Shown: positions 50,244-61,459 of the stretch, one piece after another
How positions within the stretch are numbered: position 1 is the first letter of the stretch
Layout: each line of letters opens with the position of its first letter
Assembly (NCBI GenBank): GCA_963748215.1
Contig: CAVVHS010000007.1
Span: 416,001-480,000 of the forward strand
Direction: 5' to 3'
Source of the DNA: an uncultured Gammaproteobacteria bacterium
GTDB taxonomy: Bacteria > Pseudomonadota > Gammaproteobacteria > UBA9214
Length of the DNA: 64,000 bases
Position numbers and translations under genes: made by a program
Notes under the pieces: generated by a model
The model's input: only the letters and a program-made list of their open reading frames with translations
What the model was told of the DNA's origin: nothing
The model's database searches: none

Positions 50244-52024
50244 TCATCGGCCCCCAGGTGTGCGCCGGCGTCAGTCCGGCCGGTCATCGCCCGGGCCCGT
50301 TCCAGCGCCCCGTCCAGGTCGAAGGCGGGCTCGAATTCGAGCGACTCCAGGTGGCGCTCGTAGGCCGGGCGAAAGCGCTTGATGGTATCGAGGAGCGGAT
50401 TGCAGGCCGTGTGACCGAGCCCGCAGTGACTCGCGGACTGCAACAGCCGGCTGAGCCGGAAGATCTGGTTGAGATCATACAGGGAGCCCTTGCCTCCCTG
50501 CAGCTTGTCCATCACGTTGCACAGCAGCGTGGTGCCGACCCGGCAGGGTGTGCAGAAGCCGCAACTCTCGTGCGCGAAGAAATGCGTGAAATTACGCGCC
50601 ACCTCGAACATGTCGCGCGATTCGTCAAACACCATGAAGGCGCCGGCGGTCGGCAGGTCCTCGAAGGCGATGTGCCGCTCGAACTCGGTTGCGTCGATGC
50701 AGGTTCCCGAGGGGCCGCTGACCTGAACCGCCTGGGTGCGTTCCGCCCCGCAGTCCTCCAGCACCTGGCGCACCGTCACGCCGAACGGATACTCGTAAAT
50801 GCCGGGGCGTGCGCAGTCACCGGATACCGACAGGATCTTGCTGCCCGTGGACTTGCCGGTACCGATGCTGCCATACCATTCGTTGCCGTGCAGCGCGATC
50901 AGTGCCGCCGCGCAGAAGGTCTCGACATTATTCACCGTGGTCGGCTGCTGGAGGTAGCCGTGGGTGACCGGGTAGGGCGGACGGTTGCGCGGAATGCCCC
51001 GCTTGCCTTCCAGCGATTCGATGAGCGCGGACTCTTCACCGCAGATATAGGCGCCGGCACCGAGGTGAATCTCGATATCGAAGCCGAAACCGGCCTGGCC
51101 GCAGATGTCAGTGCCCAGCAGGCCCTCGGCACGCCGGCGCGCCAGCACCTCCTGCAAGGGCGGGAGCAGATGCCGGTACTCCCCGCGCAGGTAGAGGAAG
51201 CCCTGGCGTGCGCCGATCACGTGAGCGCAAACGGTCATGCCCTCGAACATCAGGTCAGCGTAGCGCGTCAGCAGCACCCGGTCCTTGAAGGTCCCCGGCT
51301 CGCCCTCGTCCGCATTGCAGACGACGTAGTGACTGTCACCCGCCGCGTTCCGGCAGGACTGCCACTTGAGCCCGGTGGCGAAGCCCGCACCGCCCCGGCC
51401 ACGCAGGTTGGAACGTTGTATTGCCTCCAGCGTCGCCAGCGGTCCCCGGGTGATCGCGCTGCGGATGGCGGTGCCCGGTTCGAGCGAGGCGTCGAGCAGG
51501 ATGTCCTTGCGGTGTATGTTGTCCTCGATCCGGAACAGCCCGGCCGGCCAGTCCTCGACCGGCGTGCGCGAGCGTATCAGTTCGGCAATCTCGTCGACCC
51601 GTGCCGTGGTGAGTTGCGGGATGGCCCAGCCGTTCACCAGCATGGCAGGGCCCTGGTCGCACATGCCGGTGCATGACGTGGTATCGACGCTTACCAGGCC
51701 GTCCTCGGATGTCTTGCCGCGCTCCAGCCAGAGACTGTTGCACAGGTGTTCCAGCAACGCCAGGTTGCCCGCCATGCGGTCGGTGATGTTGTCGGAGAAC
51801 AGCACCCGGTAGCTGCCGGCAGGCTCGAGGTGCAGGAAGCTGTAGAAACCGGCCACGCCTTCGACACGGCCGCGTGGCAGCTTGAGCAATCGCGCCAGGC
51901 AGGTCAGTGTGGCCGGCGGCAGCCAGCCCTCGATCTCCTCGGCCTCCCGCAGGATCTGCAGCAGCGCGGTCTGCTCGCTGCCGTAGCGGTCAACGATAGT
52001 TTCCAGTTCGGTCTGTGCTTCCAT
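50240..52024 (-). CDS. hoxF: diaphorase flavoprotein subunit
   Basis: NuoE-like N-terminus; GRGGAGF, NADEGEPG, YICGEESAL, ESCGFCTPCRVG. Confidence 0.95.
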   Translation of the reverse strand: MEAQTELETIVDRYGSEQTALLQILREAEEIEGWLPPATLTCLARLLKLPRGRVEGVAGFYSFLHLEPAGSYRVLFSDNITDRMAGNLALLEHLCNSLWLERGKTSEDGLVSVDTTSCTGMCDQGPAMLVNGWAIPQLTTARVDEIAELIRSRTPVEDWPAGLFRIEDNIHRKDILLDASLEPGTAIRSAITRGPLATLEAIQRSNLRGRGGAGFATGLKWQSCRNAAGDSHYVVCNADEGEPGTFKDRVLLTRYADLMFEGMTVCAHVIGARQGFLYLRGEYRHLLPPLQEVLARRRAEGLLGTDICGQAGFGFDIEIHLGAGAYICGEESALIESLEGKRGIPRNRPPYPVTHGYLQQPTTVNNVETFCAAALIALHGNEWYGSIGTGKSTGSKILSVSGDCARPGIYEYPFGVTVRQVLEDCGAERTQAVQVSGPSGTCIDATEFERHIAFEDLPTAGAFMVFDESRDMFEVARNFTHFFAHESCGFCTPCRVGTTLLCNVMDKLQGGKGSLYDLNQIFRLSRLLQSASHCGLGHTACNPLLDTIKRFRPAYERHLESLEFEPAFDLDGALERARAMTGRTDAGAHLGADE

Positions 52025-52310
52025 CAGTCGTGTACCACCGGGTTATGGAGGGGCGCGGTATGGCGGGCTGGAGAAACACCATCCTCAGGCGGCCGCCTGT
52101 CAACTTCAGTATACGGCATCAGCTGCACGTCATGCGGGCCGCAGTGAACGGGATGTCGTAACGGCAGCTGGTGATGTGCCGGGCATTACCGGGCAAGTCG
52201 AAGGTTACCCTGCAGACAGGTTTTGCCTTGAGAAGCCGCTTTTTCATCTTGCGTGACCTCCTGCACATGTCGTGCGGGTCGCCGGGATGCGAGTGGCGGC
52301 AGGCAGGCGC

Positions 52311-54986
52311 CTACTCGCGACCCATGTCGCTCGAAACGCCGCCCGCTGCCGGCAGATAGCAATTGACAACATAATCCTTGACCATGCGGTCGGCATTGAA
52401 GCGCCAGCCCAGGGTGCGGATGGAGCGTTTCATGCGCGCGATCCAGGCATGCGGCAAGCCATCCGGGTCGCGCTGGTAGTAAAGCGGTATCACCTCATCC
52501 TGCAGTACACGGTACAGGGCCGCGGCATCGCGCTGGTCCTGCAGTGCCTGGTTGCTGTGGGTTTCACCGTTGCTGATGGTAAATCCGTTGCGGCCGTCGT
52601 AGGCCTCCGCCCACCAGCCGTCCAGCACCGAGAGGTTGAGTCCGCCGTTGAGCACGACCTTCTGCCCGCTGGTGCCCGAGGCTTCCAGTGGCCGTCGCGG
52701 GTTGTTCAGCCACACATCGACGCCCTGCACCAGGTGGCGCGCGGTGTTCATGTCGTAGTTTTCGACAAACACGATCTTGCCGGCAAAGCGCGGATCGCGG
52801 CTGAGCTGGTCGATGTCCTGCAGGATGCCCTTGCCGACGCTGTCCTGGGGATGCGCCTTGCCCGCGAACAGGACCTGTACCGGGGCCTGCGGATTGTTGA
52901 CCAGGCGATCCAGTGCCTCCAGGTCATCGAGCAGCAGGTGACTGCGCTTGTATTCGGCGAAGCGGCGCGCGAAGCCGATGGTGAGCGTGTCGAGGTTGAG
53001 CGAGCGGCGCAGCTCCTCCATCACCGCGGCTGTCGCCCCGCGGCGCTGCTCCTGGCCGGTGACGCGGTGCCGGACGAAATCGAGCAGGCGTGCCTTCAGG
53101 ATCTGGTGCGTTTCCCACAGTTCGCCGTCATCCAGCCGGTCGATGCCGGTCCATACCCCGGGCTCGGCGCTGTGCTGCGCCCAGTCCGGGCCGAAATGGC
53201 GTTCGTACAGGGTGCGCATCTGCGGTGCCAGCCAGGACAGGACATGCACGCCGTTGGTGATATGACCGATAGGCGGCGACCGGCCGGGCCACAGATCGCG
53301 CCACATGGAACGCGACACCCGGCCGTGCAGGGCGGACACGCCGTTGGTACGGCGTGACATCTTCAGCGCCAGCACGGTCATGCAGAAGGTTTCCCCGGGG
53401 TTGTGCGGATTCACCCGGCCCAGTCCCATGAACTCGTCATAGCTGATGCCGAGCGCATCGCGCAGCGGGCCCAGGTGTTCTTCCACCATATCGGTATGGA
53501 AGCGGTCGTGGCCGGCCGGTACCGGGGTATGGGTGGTGAAGACATTGCGGCGCGCCACACGCAGCATGGCGTCCCAGAAATGAATGCCCTCCAGTTGCAT
53601 GCGGGTACGCGCGATTTCCAGGGACGCAAAGGCGCTGTGGCCCTCGTTCATGTGCAGCACGCCCGGTGTGATGCCCAGGGCGTCCAGGGCGCGCACGCCA
53701 CCGACGCCCAGCAGGAGCTCGTGGCGGATGCGGGTGCGGGCATCACCACCGTAGAGGCGCGCGGTCAGGGCCCGGTCCTCCTCGTTGTTCCCGGGTACAT
53801 CCGAATCCAGCAGCAGCAGGGTGCAGCGGCCGACGGCGAGTTTCCAGACGCGTGCGGACAGCGTGCCGTTGCGGGTCTGGATATGGATCATCAGGGGCTG
53901 CCCGTCAGCGCCGGTGGCCGGCTCCATGGGCAGCTGCCAGGCATCGACGTCGAGGTAGTCCTCGTGCTGCCAGCCGTCCTGGTCCAGGTGCTGGCGGAAA
54001 TAACCCTGGCTGTAATAGAGCCCGACGCCGATCAACGGTACGCCGAGATCGGAGGCGCTCTTGACGTGGTCGCCGGCCAGGATGCCCAGGCCGCCGGAGT
54101 AGATGGGCACGGATTCATGCAGGCCGAACTCGGCGGAAAAATACGCCACCGGGCGGGCGCCGAGCACGCCGGCATGGGTGTCGCCCCAGGAATCCCGATT
54201 GCCGAGATATTCCTGCAGGCGCCGGCAGGTTTGATTGATGCCGCCGCTCAGCACGTGGCGGTCGATGTTTTCCTCCAGCTCGAGCAGCGGGATTTCGGCA
54301 ATCAGGGCCACGGGATTGTGGTCCAGCTCCTGCCAGCGCAGCGGGTTGAGGGCGTGGAACAGCCCTTCGGCCACCATGTCCCAGCACCACCACAGGTTGC
54401 GGGCCAGGCCGTAAAGACGCTCGTAGTCCGGCGCGATCAGTTGTTCGATCTTGCGTACCTCGCCGACGATGGGACCCAGCGGCGCGGTTGCGCTAACCAG
54501 CTGCTGGATTTCGTTCGGGGAGAAGGTGCGCGGCTCGGTGGTCTGTACCACCAGGACACCCTGCAGCAGCCCGCGGTCCAGCAGCGGCAGGCCGAGGAAG
54601 GAATGGTAGGGCTCCTCGCCGGTTTCCGGAAAGTACTTGAAGCGTGCATGCTGACTGGCGTCTTCCACCATGATGGGCCGGGATTCCTGGGCCACCAGGC
54701 CGGCCAGTCCTTCGTGCAGGCTCATGCGCACCTTGCGCACGCTTTCCTGGCGCAGGCCCAGGGTCGCGGCCAGCACCAGGTGGCTGCGGTCGGGTTCGAG
54801 CAGGTACACCGAGCAGACATTGGTATGGAAGTGCGCCTGGATCAGCTGGATCACGGAATTGAGCGTCACCGCCGGATCGCCGCGCTCGGCGACCATCGTG
54901 CGCAGCGCCTCCACGTTGAGGTGCTGTTCCACGACCGGCTGCAGCGATGGGGTCGAAGGCGCCGCTGCTGGATCGTTCAAATTCAT
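52311..54986 (-). CDS. glgP: GAF domain - alpha-glucan phosphorylase fusion
   Basis: N-terminal GAF (VCSVYLL...EGLAGLVA...FKYFPETGEE...FLGLP...GVLVVQ); YSGGLG, NEGH, ARRFAEYKR, EASGTSGQK. Confidence 0.95.
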   Translation of the reverse strand: MNLNDPAAAPSTPSLQPVVEQHLNVEALRTMVAERGDPAVTLNSVIQLIQAHFHTNVCSVYLLEPDRSHLVLAATLGLRQESVRKVRMSLHEGLAGLVAQESRPIMVEDASQHARFKYFPETGEEPYHSFLGLPLLDRGLLQGVLVVQTTEPRTFSPNEIQQLVSATAPLGPIVGEVRKIEQLIAPDYERLYGLARNLWWCWDMVAEGLFHALNPLRWQELDHNPVALIAEIPLLELEENIDRHVLSGGINQTCRRLQEYLGNRDSWGDTHAGVLGARPVAYFSAEFGLHESVPIYSGGLGILAGDHVKSASDLGVPLIGVGLYYSQGYFRQHLDQDGWQHEDYLDVDAWQLPMEPATGADGQPLMIHIQTRNGTLSARVWKLAVGRCTLLLLDSDVPGNNEEDRALTARLYGGDARTRIRHELLLGVGGVRALDALGITPGVLHMNEGHSAFASLEIARTRMQLEGIHFWDAMLRVARRNVFTTHTPVPAGHDRFHTDMVEEHLGPLRDALGISYDEFMGLGRVNPHNPGETFCMTVLALKMSRRTNGVSALHGRVSRSMWRDLWPGRSPPIGHITNGVHVLSWLAPQMRTLYERHFGPDWAQHSAEPGVWTGIDRLDDGELWETHQILKARLLDFVRHRVTGQEQRRGATAAVMEELRRSLNLDTLTIGFARRFAEYKRSHLLLDDLEALDRLVNNPQAPVQVLFAGKAHPQDSVGKGILQDIDQLSRDPRFAGKIVFVENYDMNTARHLVQGVDVWLNNPRRPLEASGTSGQKVVLNGGLNLSVLDGWWAEAYDGRNGFTISNGETHSNQALQDQRDAAALYRVLQDEVIPLYYQRDPDGLPHAWIARMKRSIRTLGWRFNADRMVKDYVVNCYLPAAGGVSSDMGRE

Positions 54987-55029
54987 GGTCGTTCTCGTGT
55001 GAGCCGGATCGTGTCGGGTCGGGCGCAGC

Positions 55030-56283
55030 CTAGGCGGATTTGCTGCGGCTGTTGCCGGACTGTGCCTGCAATTCGAGCAGTTCTTCCTCGACCCCGGCGG
55101 CATGCGTCAGCTGGGCCACGTTCTCCTTGGTGAAGAAGCCCTGGAAATCACCGAAGCGCTGTACGTACTCGATGATCAGCGAGGAATGTTCCGAGGCGCT
55201 GGAGAAGATCTGTTTCAGGCCCTGGTCCCTGGAGCCAATGACGTCGAGCAGGAAGTCACGACCCTGGGCGGCGATTCGGCTGACGACGTGTTCGATGTTT
55301 TCCACGCCATCAGTCTCGCCGTCACGCACGGCCAGGGCGATATGATGCAGCCGCGGACCGTAGTTGCGCACGAAGGTCTCGGTGGGCGAGGGCAGCTGTT
55401 CGAGATGGTTGACGAAGTAGGGCGTGTTGTTGGCGGTGAACACCTTGGCCGGACTGTGTATTTCGCTGCCGGGGTGCGCGTTCTTGGTGACATTGGTCGA
55501 GGAATTCTGGTCGTGGATGTCGTAGGAGCCCCAGTAGTAGTAGCTGGAAAGCGACAGCCATTCCAGGATGGCGACCTCCCGGTTCTGGCTGTAGATGCGC
55601 GTGGCCAGATGGTCGATGGGCAGGATCAGGTCGTCGATGTGCAGCGTCTTCTGCAGTTCCTTGGCAGCCAGGTAGACATCCTGCACCTCCGGATTGATGC
55701 TGCTGATACCCAACGCGTAGACCCGGATCTGCTCGGGCGTCCGCTCCATGTAGCCGACGATGTTGTGGGTGTAGGGCGACGGCTTGACGATAGCGAGGTT
55801 GCCGGGCAGTTCCAGCTTGCGGGCGTCGTCCTGGGAGAAGAAGCGGAATTCCCGCGCCTGCTGGGTTTCGACCACGCCGTGCAGGTCGCTGACCCGCAGG
55901 ATTTCACCCATGTAACGGCTGTTGGGTTTGCGCGCGCCGATGGGGTAGACCTCGTTGAGGCTGCGGAAGATGCCGCGCGTACGCCGGTCCTTGACCTCGC
56001 GTACCAGGAAGTCCGGCGAGTTCATGTCGATGCGCAGGACATGCGTCCAGTGGCTCTTGCTCTCCAGCGTCACCAGGTAGTGGTAAGGCGTCATCAGCGC
56101 CAGTTCGCCGATGTAGCGTATGGAATTGCCGGGATCGACGGTGATCATGATGGCCTCGATCTGGTCGATCATGTCGGTCAGGCCGCTGCGGTCGCGCTCT
56201 TCCAGCAGGCGCAACAGGTACTCCTCGAAGAACGGTGAATTCTGCTTGTCGCCGTGGCGGGCGAATGTGGTCGAGCTGGTCAT
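55030..56283 (-). CDS. divergent HPPD-like VOC-superfamily metalloprotein
   Basis: IDHLA, RLHHIALAV, LKQIFS, IIEYVQR, GFF parallel the HPPD C-terminal motifs. Confidence 0.7.
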   Translation of the reverse strand: MTSSTTFARHGDKQNSPFFEEYLLRLLEERDRSGLTDMIDQIEAIMITVDPGNSIRYIGELALMTPYHYLVTLESKSHWTHVLRIDMNSPDFLVREVKDRRTRGIFRSLNEVYPIGARKPNSRYMGEILRVSDLHGVVETQQAREFRFFSQDDARKLELPGNLAIVKPSPYTHNIVGYMERTPEQIRVYALGISSINPEVQDVYLAAKELQKTLHIDDLILPIDHLATRIYSQNREVAILEWLSLSSYYYWGSYDIHDQNSSTNVTKNAHPGSEIHSPAKVFTANNTPYFVNHLEQLPSPTETFVRNYGPRLHHIALAVRDGETDGVENIEHVVSRIAAQGRDFLLDVIGSRDQGLKQIFSSASEHSSLIIEYVQRFGDFQGFFTKENVAQLTHAAGVEEELLELQAQSGNSRSKSA

Positions 56284-56325
56284 GTCTGGCTATCCAATCC
56301 TGTCGATGTTTGCTGTCGATAGCTT

Positions 56326-56341
56326 TGCAATATTTACGCCA
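56326..56341 (-). promoter_or_regulatory. sigma54 -24/-12 promoter
   Basis: TGGCGTAAATATTGCA on the minus strand, 42 bp from the VOC start. Confidence 0.65.
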
Positions 56342-56706
56342 TATGCTCGCCACCGGGCTGCATTGCCCGTTTGCAGCCAGAATTGCGTCCCTGGCCACCC
56401 GCCGCGTCCCTTCAGGCGCGCCGGCACGAGGGTGTCATGCACACCTATGCAGCACGGCAGACTGTCGGTTGCACCAGAATTGACCGATGGGCGGGCGTCC
56501 GCCGGACGGCATCAACATTCCAGGCGGCGGGGAATGCTTGCGTTGTCCGGATAGCGGGGGGAATGCTGTTGCGCGACTTTACCCCGGTGTCGGCACAAGG
56601 CAGGTTGGCGGGCGATGCCCGGGCCAATCACCCGGTTCGCGGCGGGAGAGGCGGTGTTGCGCAATATTCCGCGCCCGCTGCCGGATGACGGGGAGAAATG
56701 TCCGGG

Positions 56707-56875
56707 CTAGGAGCCTGTCGGACTTGGGCGATCGTAGCGAGCCGGGTGGGAGAACGAGGTCATTTTTTCGATCGTTCGAGGAGAATAGCCGTAGCTATTT
56801 GACGAGGAGGATCGGAAAAATGGGCCGCTGTCCCGCCGGCGCAGGAGATCAGTCCTAAGTCCGACAGACTCCTAG
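56707..56875. mobile_element. 169-bp MITE with CTAG ends
   Basis: CTAGGAGCCTGTCGGACTT ... AAGTCCGACAGACTCCTAG (18/19 inverted). Confidence 0.8.
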
Positions 56876-57180
56876 ACCACGACCACGGAGTTATCCGAGG
56901 TACCGAAGGGATTCGGCACATACTTGTCGGCGTCCCAGTCGTTTTCCCAGGTGTCGGCATCGATCAGGTAGCGGAACTGGTATTCGTGGTTGGTCTCGAG
57001 TTCGAGCGTGACCTTGAATGTGCCGTCCTTGAGTTTCTTCAGCGGAATGGCGTAGAGATTCCACTCGTTGAATTCACCGACGATATGAACGTTGCTGGCA
57101 TCTTTCGCCGCCTCGGGCGGCAGCCGAAACGTCACCTTGCAGACCGGCTTGGATTTCAGATACTGCTTAGTAAGGCTCAT
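56872..57180 (-). CDS. isoamylase early-set / CBM48 glycogen-binding protein
   Basis: CKVTFRLP, IVGEFNEW, YQFRYLID...WENDW...NSV; AGGAGG RBS. Confidence 0.92.
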   Translation of the reverse strand: MSLTKQYLKSKPVCKVTFRLPPEAAKDASNVHIVGEFNEWNLYAIPLKKLKDGTFKVTLELETNHEYQFRYLIDADTWENDWDADKYVPNPFGTSDNSVVVV

Positions 57181-57357
57181 CGCCTCCTCCTGAACGCTGT
57201 TGTGATGGTCGCTGCGTGTACAACACAAGGCAAGGATACATCTAGTTGAGCGGACCGTGCAAAGCAAGCGTTTTTTTCCGGGACCGACAGAGATCTACTA
57301 GCAGAGATCTACTATCAGTCGATCGACATCAACCGGGCTGGCATGCGGCCATCGTCC

Positions 57358-58059
57358 TCACGGCGCCGGTGACGGCGGCATGACGCCAGCGGTCGATGCC
57401 CAGTCGTCATCCCAGAGCCGGAAGCCGCCGGCAAAGGCATTGGCGTTGTCGCCGCGGAACACGTGTTCCGGCAACTCGTCATCCTTGAATTTCCAGACAT
57501 TGCCGCCGCCCAGCACCACGTAGTCCGGATAAAGCGCATACCGGAACAGTGCAATGGCCTCCAGCACCTGTGCCTTCCAGCCGGCCAGTCCGGTGCGGTC
57601 GAGGCCCGCCTTGCCGAGCGCGTACTCGAAGGTCTGGCCATCACGAAACGGCAGGTGGGCCATTTCCATGGGCACGATGTGACCATCGTGAATGATGGCG
57701 GAGCCCAGCCCCGTGCCGAGTCCCAGGAACAGCATGTGGCCGCCCCGGTAACTGCCCAGGGCCTGCATGGCGGCGTCGTTGATGAGCCGGACAGGGCTGC
57801 CGAATGCGGCCGCGTAGTCGAAATCCACCCAGCCGCCACCCAGGTTGACCGGCTCGCGCAACGGACGGTTGGCGCGGATGGGGCCGGGAAAGCCGATGGA
57901 GGCGCGCTCGTAGTGCCAGTCGCCGGCGGTTTCGTCCAGCGCCTGCATCAGTTGCTGCGGTGTCATGTGCGACGGGGTGGGAAAACTGCGCGGTACGGTC
58001 TCGCCCGTCAATGCCAGCTTGACGCTGAGACCACCGATGTCCACCACGAGTATGTTCAT
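57358..58059 (-). CDS. ROK family sugar kinase (polyphosphate glucokinase-like)
   Basis: VDIGG, GFPG, INDAAMQALG, GLGTGLGSA, LGGGN. Confidence 0.9.
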   Translation of the reverse strand: MNILVVDIGGLSVKLALTGETVPRSFPTPSHMTPQQLMQALDETAGDWHYERASIGFPGPIRANRPLREPVNLGGGWVDFDYAAAFGSPVRLINDAAMQALGSYRGGHMLFLGLGTGLGSAIIHDGHIVPMEMAHLPFRDGQTFEYALGKAGLDRTGLAGWKAQVLEAIALFRYALYPDYVVLGGGNVWKFKDDELPEHVFRGDNANAFAGGFRLWDDDWASTAGVMPPSPAP

Positions 58060-58437
58060 GAGCTGTCCCTTTGGCAGGTGAGCGGATCGGAGTTGGCTGC
58101 AGGTTATCATGTCCGGCAACGCGGGCAATGACCGGCGTGCCGTAGTACACGGCGTATGCCGTGCGCAACTGGTTCTGCGCACGGGAATATTGATTTGTGT
58201 CAACAGCCTGCGTAGTTTTCTGTATTCAATTATACTGCGGGTATGAGGCGCCATGGGCCTGTTGACGGGCCGGGTCACACCGGCCGGGCGATAGTCGGCA
58301 GTGTTCATTTCCCATGCGCCGCACCATGCGTCCGTGTATCCTTGTGCGCCGCAGGTCAAGCGTGGCGTGGATGGCCCCCTGCACTGGTGCCGGCGCGGAT
58401 GTGCCGGAGGCGTCCCGTTTGCCAGGGATTCGACAAT

Positions 58438-60114
58438 ATGAATGCTTCATCACCCAGCACCTCACTGAATCGCCTGCCGGTGATCGCCCGGCTGTGGCAG
58501 CATCACGCCGATATCGGTAGCCAGCACCTGCGTGCCATGTTCGCCGACGATCCGGGGCGCGCGCAGCGCTATACACTCGAATTCGGCGGCCTGTCGCTGG
58601 ACTATTCGAAGAACCGTATCAACGACGAAACCCTGCAGCTGCTGTGCATGCTGGCCGGGGACGCCGGTCTGGACAGGGCTCGCGAGCAGATGTTTTCCGG
58701 CGCGCGCATCAATAACACCGAGGGCAGGGCGGTGCTGCACACGGCACTGCGCAACCGCAGCGAGCATGCGGTGTATGTCGACGGCGACGACGTCATGCCG
58801 GCGGTGCGCGCGGAACTCGACCACATGGCTGCATTCTGCCGGCAGGTGCGCAGCGGCGAGTGGCTGGGCCATACCGGCAAGCCCGTAACCGATATCGTCA
58901 ATATCGGCATCGGCGGTTCAGACCTCGGTCCGCGCATGGTGTGCGAGGCATTGCGTCCGCTCTGGCACGAACGTCTGAACATGCATTTCATTTCCAATAT
59001 CGACGGCATGCACATCGAACAGTGCCTGGCCAGGCTGGACCCCGAGACCACGCTGTTCATTGTTGCGTCCAAGACCTTTACCACCCAGGAAACACTCACC
59101 AACGCCACTGCTGCCCGTGACTGGTTCCTGACGGCGGCTGGCGACACGGCGCATATCGCGCGCCACTTCGTCGCGGTCTCCACCAATCGCGAGGCCGTCG
59201 AGGCCTTTGGCATCGATCCCGCCAACATGTTCGTCTTCTGGAACTGGGTCGGTGGCCGCTACTCGCTGTGGTCCGCCATCGGCCTGTCCATCATGCTGGC
59301 CACAGGGCCGGGGGCATTCGACGAACTGCTGGCCGGCGCCCACGCCATGGACGAACATTTCCGTGCCGCGCCCTTTGCACAGAACATGCCGGTTATCCTC
59401 GCCCTGCTGGGTTTCTGGTACCGGCACTATTTCGGGGCATCCACGCAGGTGGTGCTGCCCTACGATCACCTGCTGCGGTTGCTGCCGCTGTACCTGCAGC
59501 AGGCCGACATGGAAAGCAACGGCAAGTCGGTCGACCGCGAGGGCAAGCCCGTGGACTACCCGACCGGGCCGGTGCTCTGGGGGGAGAGCGGCATCAACGG
59601 CCAGCACTCCTTCTACCAGCTGCTGCACCAGGGCACGCACCTGATCCCGGCGGACATCATCGCCAGCATGCATACGCAGGCACACAGCAAGCGGCAACAT
59701 GACATCATGATCTCCAATGTCATCGCCCAGACCGAGGCGCTGATGATCGGCCGCGACAGCGCCGAGACCGCGCAGGTGCTGGCCGACAGCGGCGTCGACA
59801 CGGCCACGGCCGGTCTGCGCCTGCCGCACATGGTGTTTCCGGGCAACCGGCCGAGCAACACGCTATTCATCGACCGCATCACGCCGCGCCGCCTGGGTGC
59901 GCTGATCGCGCTGTACGAGCACAAGATCTTCGTCCAGGGTGTGCTGTGGAATATCAACTCGTTTGACCAGTGGGGCGTGGAACTGGGCAAGCAGCTGGCG
60001 AAAAAGGTGCTCGAACAGCTGCATGCACCGGAAGCCGTCAGCGATCACGATGCGTCGACCAACCGGCTGATCAACCATTACCGGCAGCATGGCCAGCAGC
60101 ACAGAGAGGACTGA
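58438..60114 (+). CDS. pgi: glucose-6-phosphate isomerase
   Basis: [44 protein letters not shown]. Confidence 0.98.
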   Translation: MNASSPSTSLNRLPVIARLWQHHADIGSQHLRAMFADDPGRAQRYTLEFGGLSLDYSKNRINDETLQLLCMLAGDAGLDRAREQMFSGARINNTEGRAVLHTALRNRSEHAVYVDGDDVMPAVRAELDHMAAFCRQVRSGEWLGHTGKPVTDIVNIGIGGSDLGPRMVCEALRPLWHERLNMHFISNIDGMHIEQCLARLDPETTLFIVASKTFTTQETLTNATAARDWFLTAAGDTAHIARHFVAVSTNREAVEAFGIDPANMFVFWNWVGGRYSLWSAIGLSIMLATGPGAFDELLAGAHAMDEHFRAAPFAQNMPVILALLGFWYRHYFGASTQVVLPYDHLLRLLPLYLQQADMESNGKSVDREGKPVDYPTGPVLWGESGINGQHSFYQLLHQGTHLIPADIIASMHTQAHSKRQHDIMISNVIAQTEALMIGRDSAETAQVLADSGVDTATAGLRLPHMVFPGNRPSNTLFIDRITPRRLGALIALYEHKIFVQGVLWNINSFDQWGVELGKQLAKKVLEQLHAPEAVSDHDASTNRLINHYRQHGQQHRED

Positions 60115-60115
60115 G

Positions 60116-61435
60116 ATGGCAAACGTTACACCGGAAGAACAGGCCAGGAAATACAAGTATTACATCGAGCCCAAGCAGGTCAGCGACCTGACCCGCGGTA
60201 CGCTGGTGCTGATCCTGGCCGGGGGCGAAGGCTCGCGCCTGTACGATCTGACCCGCTGGCGTGCCAAGCCCGCGGTACCGTTCGGCGGCAAGTTCCGCAT
60301 CATCGACTTCGCGCTGTCCAACTGCATCAATTCCGGCCTGCGGCGCATCGGCGTGCTTACCCAGTACCGCGCACATTCCCTGATTCGCCACCTGCAGCGC
60401 GCCTGGAGTTTCCTGCGCAACGAAATCGGCGAGTTCGTCGAGATCCTGCCGGCACAGCAGCGCACCTCCGAGAAACAGTGGTACAAGGGCACGGCCGATG
60501 CGCTGTTCCAGAACATCGACATCATCCGCCGCCACCAGCCCGAGTACGTCATGGTGCTGGGCGGTGATCATATCTACACCATGGATTACTCGAAGATGCT
60601 GCTGCACCACGTCGAGCACAACGCCGACTGCACCGTGGGCTGCATCGAGGTGCCGCTCGACCAGGCCACCTCTTTCGGCGTCATGACTGTCGATGAAAAC
60701 CTGCGTGTCACCCGTTTCACCGAGAAACCGGAGCATCCCGAGAGTATGCCGGGCAAGGCGGATAACGCGCTGGTCTCCATGGGTATCTATGTTTTCTCCA
60801 CCAGCGGGCTCTACGACATCCTGCGCAACGACGCCGGCAACCTGAGTTCCTCGCATGACTTCGGCCGGGATATCCTGCCGGCCCGCATCCATGACCTGAA
60901 CGTGGTCGCCTACCCGTTCCGCGACGAGGACGGCGAACCGGCCTACTGGCGCGACGTCGGCACCGTGGATTCCTACTGGTCGGCGAATATCGAGCTGTGC
61001 GACGTCGAACCCGAGCTGAATCTCTACGACCGCTACTGGCCGATCTGGACCTACCAGACCCAGCACCCGCCGGCCAAGTTCGTGTTCGACGATGATACGC
61101 GGCGCGGCATTGCCATCGACTCGCTGATCTCGGGGGGCTGCATCATTTCCGGCGCGGAGGTCAGGCGTTCGGTGATCTTCTTTGCCACCACGATCGGCAG
61201 CTACAGCGTGATACAGAACAGCGTCGTGCTGCCCAAGGTCACCATTGGTGATCACTGCCGCATTATCAACACCATCATCGACAAGGGCTGCGTGATACCC
61301 GATGGCACGGTGATCGGCGAGAACCTGGAAGAGGACGCGAAAAAATTTCACATCACGCCCACGGGTATACGCCTGGTCACCCCGGCCATGCTGGGACAGA
61401 ACCTGTATGATATCGTCGATCTGCGTGCCGACTGA
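60116..61435 (+). CDS. glgC: glucose-1-phosphate adenylyltransferase
   Basis: [36 protein letters not shown]. Confidence 0.97.
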   Translation: MANVTPEEQARKYKYYIEPKQVSDLTRGTLVLILAGGEGSRLYDLTRWRAKPAVPFGGKFRIIDFALSNCINSGLRRIGVLTQYRAHSLIRHLQRAWSFLRNEIGEFVEILPAQQRTSEKQWYKGTADALFQNIDIIRRHQPEYVMVLGGDHIYTMDYSKMLLHHVEHNADCTVGCIEVPLDQATSFGVMTVDENLRVTRFTEKPEHPESMPGKADNALVSMGIYVFSTSGLYDILRNDAGNLSSSHDFGRDILPARIHDLNVVAYPFRDEDGEPAYWRDVGTVDSYWSANIELCDVEPELNLYDRYWPIWTYQTQHPPAKFVFDDDTRRGIAIDSLISGGCIISGAEVRRSVIFFATTIGSYSVIQNSVVLPKVTIGDHCRIINTIIDKGCVIPDGTVIGENLEEDAKKFHITPTGIRLVTPAMLGQNLYDIVDLRAD

Positions 61436-61459
61436 CGCGGACTCCCGCGAGGAATATCG

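Noticed and set aside
57288-57314. Short direct repeat CAGAGATCTACTA x2
   Set aside because: Only two copies and no context to support a function
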